The notes under the pieces: generated by a model
The model's input: the letters and a program-made list of their open reading frames with translations, nothing else
Told to the model about the DNA's origin: nothing
Database searches by the model: none
Shown here: one piece after another, positions 7,878 through 18,493 of the stretch
Layout: every line of letters begins with the position of its first letter
Position numbering within the stretch: position 1 is the stretch's first letter
Assembly: GCA_019750255.1 (NCBI GenBank)
Contig: JAIEOU010000004.1
Span: 1 to 61,115, forward strand
Reading direction: 5' to 3'
From: Patescibacteria group bacterium
GTDB lineage: Bacteria > Patescibacteriota > Minisyncoccia > Phycocordibacterales > UBA918
Length of the DNA stretch: 61,115 nucleotides
Position numbers and translations under genes: made by a program

Positions 7878-8927
7878 ATGGAAAAACGAACACTTGGAAA
7901 CACCGGAATTGAGGTAACCACCATTTGCCTCGGCACCATGACCTGGGGGCAGCAGAATACGGAAGCTGAAGCACATGAGCAGCTCGATTACGCAATTGAT
8001 AAGCGGGGTATTAATTTTATTGATACAGCCGAAATCTACCCTATTCCACCAGAACCCGAGAAGCAGGGACGGACCGAAGCGTACATTGGCACCTGGATAA
8101 ACAAGCGAGGGAAGCGTGACAACCTTGTGATTGCGTCTAAGGTATCAGGAAGAACCCAAGCGGGAAATATCATGCACCGTGACGCGAGCGCAGGCCTCAC
8201 TCGCGATAGCATCCGCGCGGCTATTGAAGGGTCGCTCACACGCCTACAAACGAATTACCTCGACCTCTACCAAGTCCACGTGCCTGACCGACGGCTCAAC
8301 AACTTTGGTGTGCGCGCCTACGATAGTGACTTTGGTACCGATGGGGCAGCGATAGAGGAAACCCTGGCCGCGCTCGATGAGCTCGTGAAGGAGGGAAAGG
8401 TGCGTGCAATTGGTGTATCCAATGAATCACCGTGGGGAATGAGCGAGTACTTGCGGATAGCGCGGGAGAAGGGCTACACCCGCATCGCCTCGATTCAAAA
8501 CCAGTACTCGCTCCTTAACCGCACCTACGAGCTAGGGCATAGTGAATTTTCATTTCGGGAAAATATTAGCCTCCTCGCGTATTCACCACTATCCATGGGC
8601 GTGCTTTCAGGCAAGTATCTTGGTGGGGCAAGGCCAGAAGGGGCGCGGCACGTACTCTTTAAGCGCAACGAGGACCGCTATAATCCACCGCGCGCCCAAG
8701 CGGCGGTAGAGAAGTACGTGAGCCTTGCCAAAGAGTACGAGATTGACCCATCAACGTTTGCGATTGCCTTTACTGTCAGTCGGCCGTTTGTAACGAGCTC
8801 GATCATTGGTGCTACCACTATGGCGCAGCTTGCTGTGGATATTGATGGTGGGGAAGTGAGATTCACTGAAGAGATGAAACAGGCCGTAACCGCCGTCTAT
8901 AACGAGCATCCAGACCCGGTGGCGTAG
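7878..8927 (+). CDS. NADP(H)-dependent aldo/keto reductase (Tas/YajO-like)
   Basis: LGNTGIEVTTICLGTMTWG...INFIDTAEIYP and other AKR signatures. 349 aa. Confidence 0.85.
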   Translation: MEKRTLGNTGIEVTTICLGTMTWGQQNTEAEAHEQLDYAIDKRGINFIDTAEIYPIPPEPEKQGRTEAYIGTWINKRGKRDNLVIASKVSGRTQAGNIMHRDASAGLTRDSIRAAIEGSLTRLQTNYLDLYQVHVPDRRLNNFGVRAYDSDFGTDGAAIEETLAALDELVKEGKVRAIGVSNESPWGMSEYLRIAREKGYTRIASIQNQYSLLNRTYELGHSEFSFRENISLLAYSPLSMGVLSGKYLGGARPEGARHVLFKRNEDRYNPPRAQAAVEKYVSLAKEYEIDPSTFAIAFTVSRPFVTSSIIGATTMAQLAVDIDGGEVRFTEEMKQAVTAVYNEHPDPVA

Positions 8928-8978
8928 TTGTTTGACATTATTAATTATTCATGATACTATAGGGTCCGGAGGTGTGTC

Positions 8979-9263
8979 ATGCACTGGAACAGAAGGCTAA
9001 CAGAAATACTTCCCCTCGCTCTGTCTGAAGATTGGGACATTCGTCGGGATGGCGTTCCCAAAGTTAGAGCGAATCTGCGACTAGCTATCAGCTCGCTCAA
9101 CAAGCAGCAGCCTAACTTTTGGGAAAATCACGAACTGGCTGCAAAACTGGTCAAAGCTCCTCGCAATGCGGGCGTGCGAACCATCCTCGCTCAGTACAGC
9201 AATACGGAAATTGCCTTTGCAATCCGTGATGCACGATTCGCATCTGATGATGGACGAACATGA
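8979..9263 (+). CDS. hypothetical protein
   Basis: GGAGG RBS about 7 nt upstream. No family recognised. Confidence 0.4.
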   Translation: MHWNRRLTEILPLALSEDWDIRRDGVPKVRANLRLAISSLNKQQPNFWENHELAAKLVKAPRNAGVRTILAQYSNTEIAFAIRDARFASDDGRT

Positions 9264-9278
9264 AGGCCACGCTATTCC

Positions 9279-9989
9279 CTAGCGTCGGCCTTCAACTTTT
9301 TTAGTCGTGGTCTCGACATAGCCAACCACGTCAGCATAAGGCACCTTTGCTATAATACTTAATCGGCTAGCGCGACTCCAGTTACCATCAGTTTTATGGG
9401 TCGGCTCAGTTCGAACAATATAAATAAATCGAGGGTGCTGCTTTTTTACGTATAACTGATGGTCCTTGGGTGAATAGAGGTGCCGATAGTGTGAGCTATA
9501 GTAGGCTCGAGCTAAATCACCATCTCGATGGTCAGGTTCACGGCCAATAATTTCCCAACGACCACTACTTTCATCTTGTTTGATATCGGCAGCCGAGGTG
9601 TGGTAGCCGACACCAAAACCATGCTTTGCACTCAAGGCTACAAATTCACTCATGAGAGCTCTAGGGTCTCTCCCACCCACAATCTTTTCATGAAAACCCG
9701 TAAACTGTCGTTCACGGAGTTCCTTGGGCAGAGAAATCGCAGCGTAGACTTCGGCATCTGAGTATTCCGCGAGTGCTCCCTTCATAGCATCAACTTCATC
9801 ATCTTCAACGTATTCAAGAAGTTCTTCAAAGAAATCTTCAATGAGCTGCTGCTTCATGTACTCATCAAACAGCATATCCTTAATGCCGGATATGACCTCA
9901 GGAGTAAGTGCTGCACTCTCAGGTACATCCTCCTCAGAAATTATTTTTTCGCGCGAGGTTGCAAGTGCTCTTGTTGGGTCGCCTTCCAT
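9279..9989 (-). CDS. hypothetical protein
   Basis: 236-aa ORF with an acidic N-terminal half. A convergent hairpin at 9262-9293 separates it from the previous gene. Confidence 0.4.
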   Translation of the reverse strand: MEGDPTRALATSREKIISEEDVPESAALTPEVISGIKDMLFDEYMKQQLIEDFFEELLEYVEDDEVDAMKGALAEYSDAEVYAAISLPKELRERQFTGFHEKIVGGRDPRALMSEFVALSAKHGFGVGYHTSAADIKQDESSGRWEIIGREPDHRDGDLARAYYSSHYRHLYSPKDHQLYVKKQHPRFIYIVRTEPTHKTDGNWSRASRLSIIAKVPYADVVGYVETTTKKVEGRR

Positions 9990-10109
9990 ATATGGGAGAA
10001 TAGTATCACGGTTCCTAGATAAATAACTATAGTTTACAGCTTGTTAAATAAGCATTAAATTGCTACTATACGGCCGCAAAAGAAAGGCTTTTGCGTGTAA
10101 TTCGTCAGC

Positions 10110-10874
10110 ATGTCTAGCTTCGTAGCAACTGCACACGCGGCGGAAGGTATTTCCGTCAAACTCTCACCGTATATCGTTGGGGATTTTTTTGGTATACCAA
10201 TCACTGCCACTCTCATTACCACCTGGCTCACCATGGCTGTTGTCATAGCCTTGGTATTTGTGGCGACCCGTCGCCTTGCCCTCATTCCCGGAAAATCACA
10301 GAGCGTGGCCGAGCTCATGGTCGGTGGGGTCTACGACTATATGACCGAAGTACTCGAAAGCAAGAATCTTGCTCGTAAGTACTTCCCGGTCATAATGACC
10401 TTGTTCATATTCATACTTGCCCTCAACTGGGTTGGACTACTACCAGGCGTTACCGCTTTTGGCACTTACCATGATGGCCACCTCATTCCGTGGCTCTACC
10501 CAGCCGGCACCGATCTTAATATCACGCTCGCCTTTGCTATCGTTGCCTTTCTGACCATCGAAATTGCCGGCGTGGTCACCCTTGGCCTCCTAAAATATGG
10601 CGGTAAGTTCTTTAACTTCCATTCACCACTCGGTTTTGTGATTGGCCTCATTGAACTGATCTCTGAAATTGCTCGCCTTATTTCCTTCTCGTTCCGTCTT
10701 TTTGGAAACATTTTTGCCGGAAAGACGCTCCTGGTGGTCGTTATGTTTTTTGTACCATACGTCCTACCAGTACCCCTCTTAGCGTTTGAGGTGTTTGTAG
10801 GATTCATTCAGGCCTTCATATTTTCAGTCTTGACACTATTCTTCATCAAGCTCGCAGCTGCAGAACCGCATTAG
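10110..10874 (+). CDS. atpB: F0F1 ATP synthase subunit a
   Basis: Polytopic, with FSFRLFGNIFAG (essential Arg motif) and operon context. Confidence 0.92.
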   Translation: MSSFVATAHAAEGISVKLSPYIVGDFFGIPITATLITTWLTMAVVIALVFVATRRLALIPGKSQSVAELMVGGVYDYMTEVLESKNLARKYFPVIMTLFIFILALNWVGLLPGVTAFGTYHDGHLIPWLYPAGTDLNITLAFAIVAFLTIEIAGVVTLGLLKYGGKFFNFHSPLGFVIGLIELISEIARLISFSFRLFGNIFAGKTLLVVVMFFVPYVLPVPLLAFEVFVGFIQAFIFSVLTLFFIKLAAAEPH

Positions 10875-10978
10875 TGGGTAATCACGAGTCCCGCCGCTCG
10901 CGTGGCTCGTACTTGTCCAGTATTGCGAATGTACGTCTTTTTTTCTTTTTTTGAAGAAATAATGGATCACATTTATGA

Positions 10979-11278
<300 letters not shown>

Positions 11279-11382
11279 TTAAGGAGAAATAAGGAGTAGC
11301 AAAGCTACGACTATATTTTCCTTAGTCCGGCACCTCATTACTTTTGAGCATCACAGCGATAAAAGTAATGGCGGTGACCGGC
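11279..11382. repeat. copy 1 of a ~100-nt hairpin-containing interspersed element (inverted relative to copies 2 and 3)
   Basis: TTAAGGAGAAATAAGGAG...CATTACTTTTGAGCATCACAGCGATAAAAGTAATGGCGGTGACCGG. Begins directly after the atpE stop. Aligns with the reverse complement of 12292-12390 and of 35269-35372. Confidence 0.8.
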
Positions 11383-11433
11383 ACACGAATTCGCACGATT
11401 ACAACCACCCATTACTCACTTCACCCAACCTGC

Positions 11434-11880
11434 ATGGATCAAATTATTGAAGCCTTCGGCATCAACTGGAAGCTCATCGTCGTACAGTTGGTCAACTTCG
11501 GCATACTGCTCGCCGCTCTTTCGTACTTCCTCTACAAGCCCGTCATGCGGATGCTTGAAGAGCGTGGTCAGAAAATCGCGCAGGGTATGAAAGACGCCGA
11601 GGAGGCAGCTGCGGCCAAAGCGACTGCTGAGACTGAAAAGCAAACAGTCGTTGCTGCGGCCCACGGTGAAGCCGCTCTGATTGCCGAGCGTGCCCGGGGC
11701 CATGCTCTGGTGGTAGGGGAGGAAGTGGTAAAGGAAGCGCAGGCGAAAGCCGCAGCCATCGTGGCTGATGCCGAAGCCCGTGCTCTTGAGGAAAAGCGAA
11801 AGGCAGAGAAGGAAAGCGAAGGAGAAATTACCAAATTGGCTATCCTAGCCACCGAAAAGCTTCTGCGTGAGCAGGCGTAA
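11434..11880 (+). CDS. atpF: F0F1 ATP synthase subunit b
   Basis: N-terminal TM helix (LIVVQLVNFGILLAALSYFLYKPV) followed by a long Ala/Glu/Lys coiled coil. The ATG at 11434 avoids the repeat element. Confidence 0.8.
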   Translation: MDQIIEAFGINWKLIVVQLVNFGILLAALSYFLYKPVMRMLEERGQKIAQGMKDAEEAAAAKATAETEKQTVVAAAHGEAALIAERARGHALVVGEEVVKEAQAKAAAIVADAEARALEEKRKAEKESEGEITKLAILATEKLLREQA

Positions 11881-11892
11881 TCGCCACCACTT

Positions 11893-12276
11893 ATGAAAGA
11901 TCGCTACATCACTGCTATCCTGTCTCTCTTGCGTGAACATCACGACGCAGTTTCGGTGATCGCTGGTGTCCGTGACGTGCTTACAAAGCGCAATCACGAG
12001 CGACTCTTTCCCAGTATCATGCGTGGCGTCCTGCGCCGACTCGAAGATAGTGTGAGTGGTGCCGAAGCAACTGTGGTGGTGGCAAGCGAAGCCGAGCTTG
12101 CCCGTAACAAAGAGGTTATCGCTAAGCTCCTTACGAGCCTTGAAGCAAAAGACGAACCCCGTGTTGTTATCGACGACTCCCTCATCGGTGGCATTATCGT
12201 GAGCAACAATTACCAGCGCATCGACACGTCGTACAAGCGCGCCCTTGCGTCACTGTATGAGCGTGTGACCCAGTAG
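11893..12276 (+). CDS. atpH: F0F1 ATP synthase subunit delta (short form)
   Basis: Operon position between b and alpha. C-terminal DDSLIGGIIV...IDTSYKRAL resembles the OSCP/delta C-terminus. Only 127 aa. Confidence 0.7.
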   Translation: MKDRYITAILSLLREHHDAVSVIAGVRDVLTKRNHERLFPSIMRGVLRRLEDSVSGAEATVVVASEAELARNKEVIAKLLTSLEAKDEPRVVIDDSLIGGIIVSNNYQRIDTSYKRALASLYERVTQ

Positions 12277-12291
12277 ATCTTATTAACATTT

Positions 12292-12390
12292 ACCGTTCGC
12301 CGCCGTTACTTTTTTCGCTCTGATGCTCAAAAGTAACGAGGCGCCGGTATAAGGAAAATATAGTCGGCTACGCCTCCTTATTTCTCCTTA
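12292..12390. repeat. copy 2 of the ~100-nt hairpin-containing interspersed element
   Basis: ACCGTTCGCCGCCGTTACTTTTTTCGCTCTGATGCTCAAAAGTAACGAGGCGCCGG...CCTCCTTATTTCTCCTTA. Lies 16 nt after the atpH stop and ends 14 nt before the atpA ATG. Confidence 0.8.
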
Positions 12391-12404
12391 TTATTTCCAA
12401 TCAT

Positions 12405-13970
12405 ATGAGTACCGTTATCATCGACAAGATCAAGAAAGAAATTGCTGCCCTCGCCACCGAAGCCCTTCCGGAAGAAATCGGAGTGGTTACGGCCGTGGGT
12501 GACGGTATTGCCGAAATCGACGGTCTGCCTAAAGCGGAAATGATGGAAATGGTGGTGTTTGAAACTGAAGCTGGTAAATCACTGACTGATACGCTCGGAA
12601 GTGAGTCGGCACTGCTGGGTCTCGTTCTTAACCTCGAGGAAGACACCGTAAAGGTGGTGGTGCTTGGTGAATCACGCCGCATCAAAGAGGGTATGCGCGT
12701 GCATCGCACGAAGAAGTTGCTTTCGATTCCGGTAGGACCAAACATTGTGGGTCGCGTGGTCTCGCCCCTCGGTGCACCAATCGACGGCAAGGGCGCCATC
12801 AAGGCTGAGGCCAACATGCCGATTGAGCGTGTAGCCTACGGCGTGATGGAGCGTTCAGCCGTGAACGAACCAATTCACACTGGTATCAAGGCTATCGACT
12901 CAATGATTCCGATTGGTCGTGGCCAGCGCGAGCTCATCATTGGTGACCGCGGTACCGGAAAGACTACGGTAGCAATCGATACCATCATCAACCAAAAGTA
13001 CGAACCAAAAGAGAAGCGCCCACTCTGTATATATGTCGCAATTGGACAAAAGCGATCAAAAACCGCGAGCTTAATGGCCAAGCTGCAAGAAGCTGGAGCG
13101 ATGGAATACACCACCATCGTTGCCACCTCTGCTTCTGAAGCCTCACCAATGCTGTTCTTAGCACCATTTGCTGGTGCCGCCATTGGTGAATTCTTTATGG
13201 CGCAAGGCAAGGACGTCCTCGTTGTATTTGATGACCTCTCAAAGCACGCGAACGCCTACCGCCAGATGTCACTCCTCCTCCGTCGCCCACCAGGACGCGA
13301 AGCCTACCCGGGTGATATTTTCTACCTCCACTCACGCCTCCTTGAGCGTTCAGCCAAGCTCTCAAAAGAACTCGGCGGTGGTTCGATTACCGCGCTTCCT
13401 ATCATCGAAACTCAGGAAGGTGACGTATCGGCCTACATTCCAACGAACGTTATCTCGATTACCGATGGTCAAATCTTCCTCGAAGGCGATCTCTTCAACA
13501 AAGGTATCCGCCCAGCCCTTAACGTTGGTATTTCTGTATCACGCGTAGGGTCAAGTGCGCAGACCAAGGCCATGAAGAAAGTGGCCGGCAAGATTCGTCT
13601 TGAGCTCGCGCAGTTCCGTGAACTCGAAGCTTTCGTACAGTTTGCTTCAGATCTTGATGATGACACAAAGCAGCGTATCGAAAGTGGCCGCAAGTACGTC
13701 GAGCTCCTCAAGCAGCCACAGAACAATCCAATGCCGTTTTACCTCCAGGTTATTTCTCTCTACGCAGCCAACAACGGTATCTACGACAAAGCACCGGTAA
13801 CTAAAGTGCGAGAAATGGAAGCGGCTTGGCTAGAATTCGTACAGCGCGAAAATAAGGCGCTCGTTACCCTGATCGAGGAGAAGCGTGAACTCAGTGACGA
13901 AACCATCGCGACCCTCACTGAACTCATGAATACCTTCAAGTCGGCACATCCAACCTACTACACCGCTTAA
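12405..13970 (+). CDS. atpA: F0F1 ATP synthase subunit alpha
   Basis: GDRGTGKT Walker A and a full-length alpha signature. Confidence 0.97.
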   Translation: MSTVIIDKIKKEIAALATEALPEEIGVVTAVGDGIAEIDGLPKAEMMEMVVFETEAGKSLTDTLGSESALLGLVLNLEEDTVKVVVLGESRRIKEGMRVHRTKKLLSIPVGPNIVGRVVSPLGAPIDGKGAIKAEANMPIERVAYGVMERSAVNEPIHTGIKAIDSMIPIGRGQRELIIGDRGTGKTTVAIDTIINQKYEPKEKRPLCIYVAIGQKRSKTASLMAKLQEAGAMEYTTIVATSASEASPMLFLAPFAGAAIGEFFMAQGKDVLVVFDDLSKHANAYRQMSLLLRRPPGREAYPGDIFYLHSRLLERSAKLSKELGGGSITALPIIETQEGDVSAYIPTNVISITDGQIFLEGDLFNKGIRPALNVGISVSRVGSSAQTKAMKKVAGKIRLELAQFRELEAFVQFASDLDDDTKQRIESGRKYVELLKQPQNNPMPFYLQVISLYAANNGIYDKAPVTKVREMEAAWLEFVQRENKALVTLIEEKRELSDETIATLTELMNTFKSAHPTYYTA

Positions 13971-13982
13971 ATATATTCTTTT

Positions 13983-14885
13983 GTGGCTCTCAAGCAAATC
14001 AAGAACAAAATAATTTCTACCAAGAAAACTGGCAAGGTCACCAAGGCCATGGAGTCGGTTTCGGCGGTTAAAATGCGCAAGAGTCAGGAACGCGCGTTTG
14101 CGAGTCGTCCGTACGTGCTTGGTGCCGTTACCATCCTGGAACGCCTTACCGCTTCTTTGGGTAGCATCACGCATCCACTTACCACGGCTCGCCCTGATGG
14201 GGCCGTCCTCGCTATCATTGTGACCAGCGACAAGGGATTGGCCGGAAGCGTAAACAGTGCGGTACTTAAGAAAGCGGAGCATCTTTTCAAGGAGCACGCT
14301 ACCGTGGATGTTGTCGCCTTTGGCCGCAAGGCGGTTGAATTCTCGCGTCGCGAGAAGAAGCAGCTCATCGCTGAGTTCGTAAACGTAAACGATGGTGTTA
14401 CGTTGGCCGATGTAGAGGCGAGCGCGGCTATGGTAATTAATGCATTTACGGAAGGTGGCTACAGTAAGGTGGTAGTTATCTACCAGAACTTCGTTTCAAC
14501 GTTCGAGCAGGCACCAACCGTGCGCCAAGTACTACCGCTCATAGCGGGCGAAATTAGCCAGATTGCCAAAGACATCGCGCCCCGAGTTGGGAAGTACAGT
14601 ACCGCCACTGTAGCTGAAGTAAAGGCGCGCGAGTACACCATCGAACCATCCGGTGCGGAGGTACTTGATATTCTCCTTCCTCAGCTTGTGCAGGTAATTC
14701 TCTACCACGCGCTCCTTGAAAGCAAAGCAAGTGAGCACAGTGCGCGTATGGTAGCAATGAAGAACGCGACCGATAAGAGTAAGGAAGTAGTGAAGGCCCT
14801 CACGATTAAGTTCAACAAACAGCGTCAGGCAGCCATTACGGCTGAGGTGAGTGAAATCACCGCCGGAGTAGAGGCGATGAAATAG
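13983..14885 (+). CDS. atpG: F0F1 ATP synthase subunit gamma
   Basis: Conserved gamma N-terminus (LKQIKNKI.S.K.T.K.TKAME.V) and C-terminus (NK.RQA.IT.E..EI..G). GTG start. Confidence 0.9.
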   Translation: MALKQIKNKIISTKKTGKVTKAMESVSAVKMRKSQERAFASRPYVLGAVTILERLTASLGSITHPLTTARPDGAVLAIIVTSDKGLAGSVNSAVLKKAEHLFKEHATVDVVAFGRKAVEFSRREKKQLIAEFVNVNDGVTLADVEASAAMVINAFTEGGYSKVVVIYQNFVSTFEQAPTVRQVLPLIAGEISQIAKDIAPRVGKYSTATVAEVKAREYTIEPSGAEVLDILLPQLVQVILYHALLESKASEHSARMVAMKNATDKSKEVVKALTIKFNKQRQAAITAEVSEITAGVEAMK

Positions 14886-14887
14886 AT

Positions 14888-15208
14888 ATGAAAAATTTTG
14901 TCTTAAACATCATTTCTCCACTCGTCATTTGGTACGCGTTCTATAGCGGAGCCGTAGAAACCAGCTTGCAGGCCGGTAACATACCTTTAGACTTTCCTGG
15001 TCTTCTGCTAGCACTAAAGATTATTGAGTGGAGCTTTGTCGTGATTGCAGTGAGTAACGCCTTGCCTCTCTTATTCGAACACTTTTTTAAAGATAGACCT
15101 CAGATAATGCTTTACTATCGTAAATTTCAGACAGTCACCGGTATATTGCTTTTGATAGCAGTTGTTTGTGGTTTTCTGTTTCTTGGTCACCTTGGCTTAT
15201 CGAAGTAG
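14888..15208 (+). CDS. small 3-TM membrane protein inserted between atpG and atpD
   Basis: The ATG lies 2 nt after the atpG stop. Three hydrophobic helices. Visibly more AT-rich than the flanking atp genes. Confidence 0.45.
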   Translation: MKNFVLNIISPLVIWYAFYSGAVETSLQAGNIPLDFPGLLLALKIIEWSFVVIAVSNALPLLFEHFFKDRPQIMLYYRKFQTVTGILLLIAVVCGFLFLGHLGLSK

Positions 15209-15275
15209 TACTTAGTAGCGAGTACCTTACGGGCTTTCGCTACTCAGTGGTACTGAGTCTTTATTAAATTACTAG

Positions 15276-16667
<1,392 letters not shown>

Positions 16668-16805
16668 CATCATCTGCTTTGTTGCTCTTCGTAAAATAGT
16701 TCTCATCGTACAGCAAGTACGCCTCAACCTATCTTGCTTGAGTGCCTCGCATCTAATGTCAATTTAACTCACAATTTGAAAAACACACCCCCCACTACTT
16801 AATTT

Positions 16806-17048
16806 ATGAAAACCTTTCAACTCACCATCACTCGTGTCGACGGCCCACTGTTTGTGGGTGAGGCCTTGAGCGTGCAGGTGCCGGGCATCTCGGGCGACAT
16901 GACCATCCTCGCGCACCACACCGCTCTTATTTCACCCTTGCGCACTGGAGCGGTGAAGGTGACCGAGGCTGATGGTTCGACTCGTGAGTTCACGGTTGCT
17001 ACCGGGACTCTAGAAGTAAGTGACAACCAGGCCACTATCCTGCTCTAG
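16806..17048 (+). CDS. atpC: F0F1 ATP synthase subunit epsilon (N-terminal beta-sandwich only)
   Basis: Operon position. The sequence VP...GDMTILAHHTALISPL..G is typical of the epsilon N-terminal domain. At 80 aa there is no C-terminal helical hairpin. Confidence 0.8.
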   Translation: MKTFQLTITRVDGPLFVGEALSVQVPGISGDMTILAHHTALISPLRTGAVKVTEADGSTREFTVATGTLEVSDNQATILL

Positions 17049-17067
17049 AACCCACATAATACATGAC

Positions 17068-17096
17068 AAAATCCCGCGCACCTGGCGTGGGATTTT
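17068..17096. terminator. bidirectional terminator after the atp operon
   Basis: AAAATCCCGCG / CGTGGGATTTT stem with one G:U pair, between convergent genes. Confidence 0.7.
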
Positions 17097-17123
17097 CGTA
17101 TCTATACAATCTATTCAGTACTC

Positions 17124-17822
17124 TTACTTAAACATGGCACGTAATCTTTCGTAGGTGTCGAGGTGATCAACTACCGGAATGGTTTCGATTACCCCAATAA
17201 CTGATTCGTCGTTACCGCCGGGGAATAGACCGTCTCCAAAGTATACGCAGTCGTCACGATTCCATCCCTGCAGGTCAATGAGCCGCGTCACACCCGTTCC
17301 CTTATGGCGAGTTTTGTGAATATAATCGAAGCTGGTTGACCCACCAATTTTTACCACCACCTCATCAGACTCAAGGGGGATACGAGAAAGCAGGTCGAGT
17401 CGTAGCTTTGCCTCTGGATCATACATACTCTTTATTTCATGAGGTGCATTGTTACCGACGGGACTAAACGTGATTTGCGCCCCACGATCTTCAATAGGGA
17501 GATAGTCGTGACCAATCTCGTGATCAAGGGCAGCGATAAGTTTCTCAATATGCTCCATGATTTCATTACGATGATGGTCTTCAAGCGGATCGTACCAAAG
17601 CTCATTATCAGCACAATCAAACCCATGACTTCCATTTTGAGCCAGGGTAAAACGACGCAAAGAACCCAACTGCGATGCAATCCGTTGTCGTTCACCACCC
17701 GAAACTATGATCACCTCCTCAGATAGGGAGCTAAGCAGCGCCGCCATTTCCGGTAGCAGTGGTTGTCGTGCTGGAGTAACCGTCTTATCCATATCAAAGA
17801 ACAAATGTTTGTAGTGTGACAT
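17124..17822 (-). CDS. HAD-IIB hydrolase, eukaryotic-type phosphomannomutase-like
   Basis: FFDMDKTVT (DxDxT), VSGG, and FGDGLFPGGNDES (PMM-like GDxxxxGGND motif). Confidence 0.65.
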   Translation of the reverse strand: MSHYKHLFFDMDKTVTPARQPLLPEMAALLSSLSEEVIIVSGGERQRIASQLGSLRRFTLAQNGSHGFDCADNELWYDPLEDHHRNEIMEHIEKLIAALDHEIGHDYLPIEDRGAQITFSPVGNNAPHEIKSMYDPEAKLRLDLLSRIPLESDEVVVKIGGSTSFDYIHKTRHKGTGVTRLIDLQGWNRDDCVYFGDGLFPGGNDESVIGVIETIPVVDHLDTYERLRAMFK

Positions 17823-17889
17823 TCCTTTTATAACTGAGTGAATAAGTAAGACGTTGTGCTGGTTTTAGTTATGGTAGGATAAAAACAAT

Positions 17890-18426
17890 ATGGATAATAT
17901 GCTTTTGATAGCGACGGTGATTCAAGGGGTCGCGATATCGCTAGGGGTCGGTACCTCTACTATGGCGATTGTAAATTTTTTTGGCGCCATTGCTGACGGC
18001 AAAATTGATGAGGCTGAACGGCGCATGATGGGGTTTACCTACTTCGTGCTTCGCATTGCTATGGTGGTCATACTACTCACAGTGCTCGCCTCTTTTACCG
18101 CTGAAGTCATGATGACCGGGACACTCGTTCTTGGGACCGCTACGGTAGCGACGATTGTGCTCGTGTCCATGCTCTACATTAATGCGATTTTAATGACTAC
18201 CCATATCATGCCGAGCACCTTTGGGCCGGCGCTGCAGGCGACGTCCTGGTACACCCTTGGCATCATGGCCAGCCTATCGTCACTTGGGCTCGTGACCTTT
18301 GGAATTCTACCGTTTCTCCTTGGCTACGTTACTTTTTTTCTACTTGGCGTCGCTCTGGTAAACGGTATCATGGCAGTCCTCAAGTCACGTCGGGAATCAC
18401 CTCCACCGGCACCGCCAAAGACGTAG
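17890..18426 (+). CDS. hypothetical polytopic membrane protein
   Basis: Five to six hydrophobic helices. Pro-rich C-terminus. Confidence 0.4.
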   Translation: MDNMLLIATVIQGVAISLGVGTSTMAIVNFFGAIADGKIDEAERRMMGFTYFVLRIAMVVILLTVLASFTAEVMMTGTLVLGTATVATIVLVSMLYINAILMTTHIMPSTFGPALQATSWYTLGIMASLSSLGLVTFGILPFLLGYVTFFLLGVALVNGIMAVLKSRRESPPPAPPKT

Positions 18427-18442
18427 ACGGTAACTGGCATAT

Positions 18443-18478
18443 AAAAGCCGCACGCCCAAAGAGGGACGTGCGGCTTTT
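18443..18478. terminator. bidirectional terminator
   Basis: AAAAGCCGCACG / CGTGCGGCTTTT stem between convergent genes. Confidence 0.75.
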
Positions 18479-18493
18479 ATCAGTAAGAAGATA

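Noticed and set aside
11344-11433. Upstream extension of atpF (and similarly 35360-35443 for the next gene after repeat copy 3)
   Set aside because: Both extensions are made of the interspersed repeat element, and in the second case also of a terminator. The internal ATGs at 11434 and 35444 give proteins that start at the expected TM helices.
12401-12817. 138-aa minus-strand ORF whose end abuts the SD-like end of repeat copy 2
   Set aside because: It is antisense to the atpA 5' region, and its start (12817) is far from the SD-like tract. It has no homology features.
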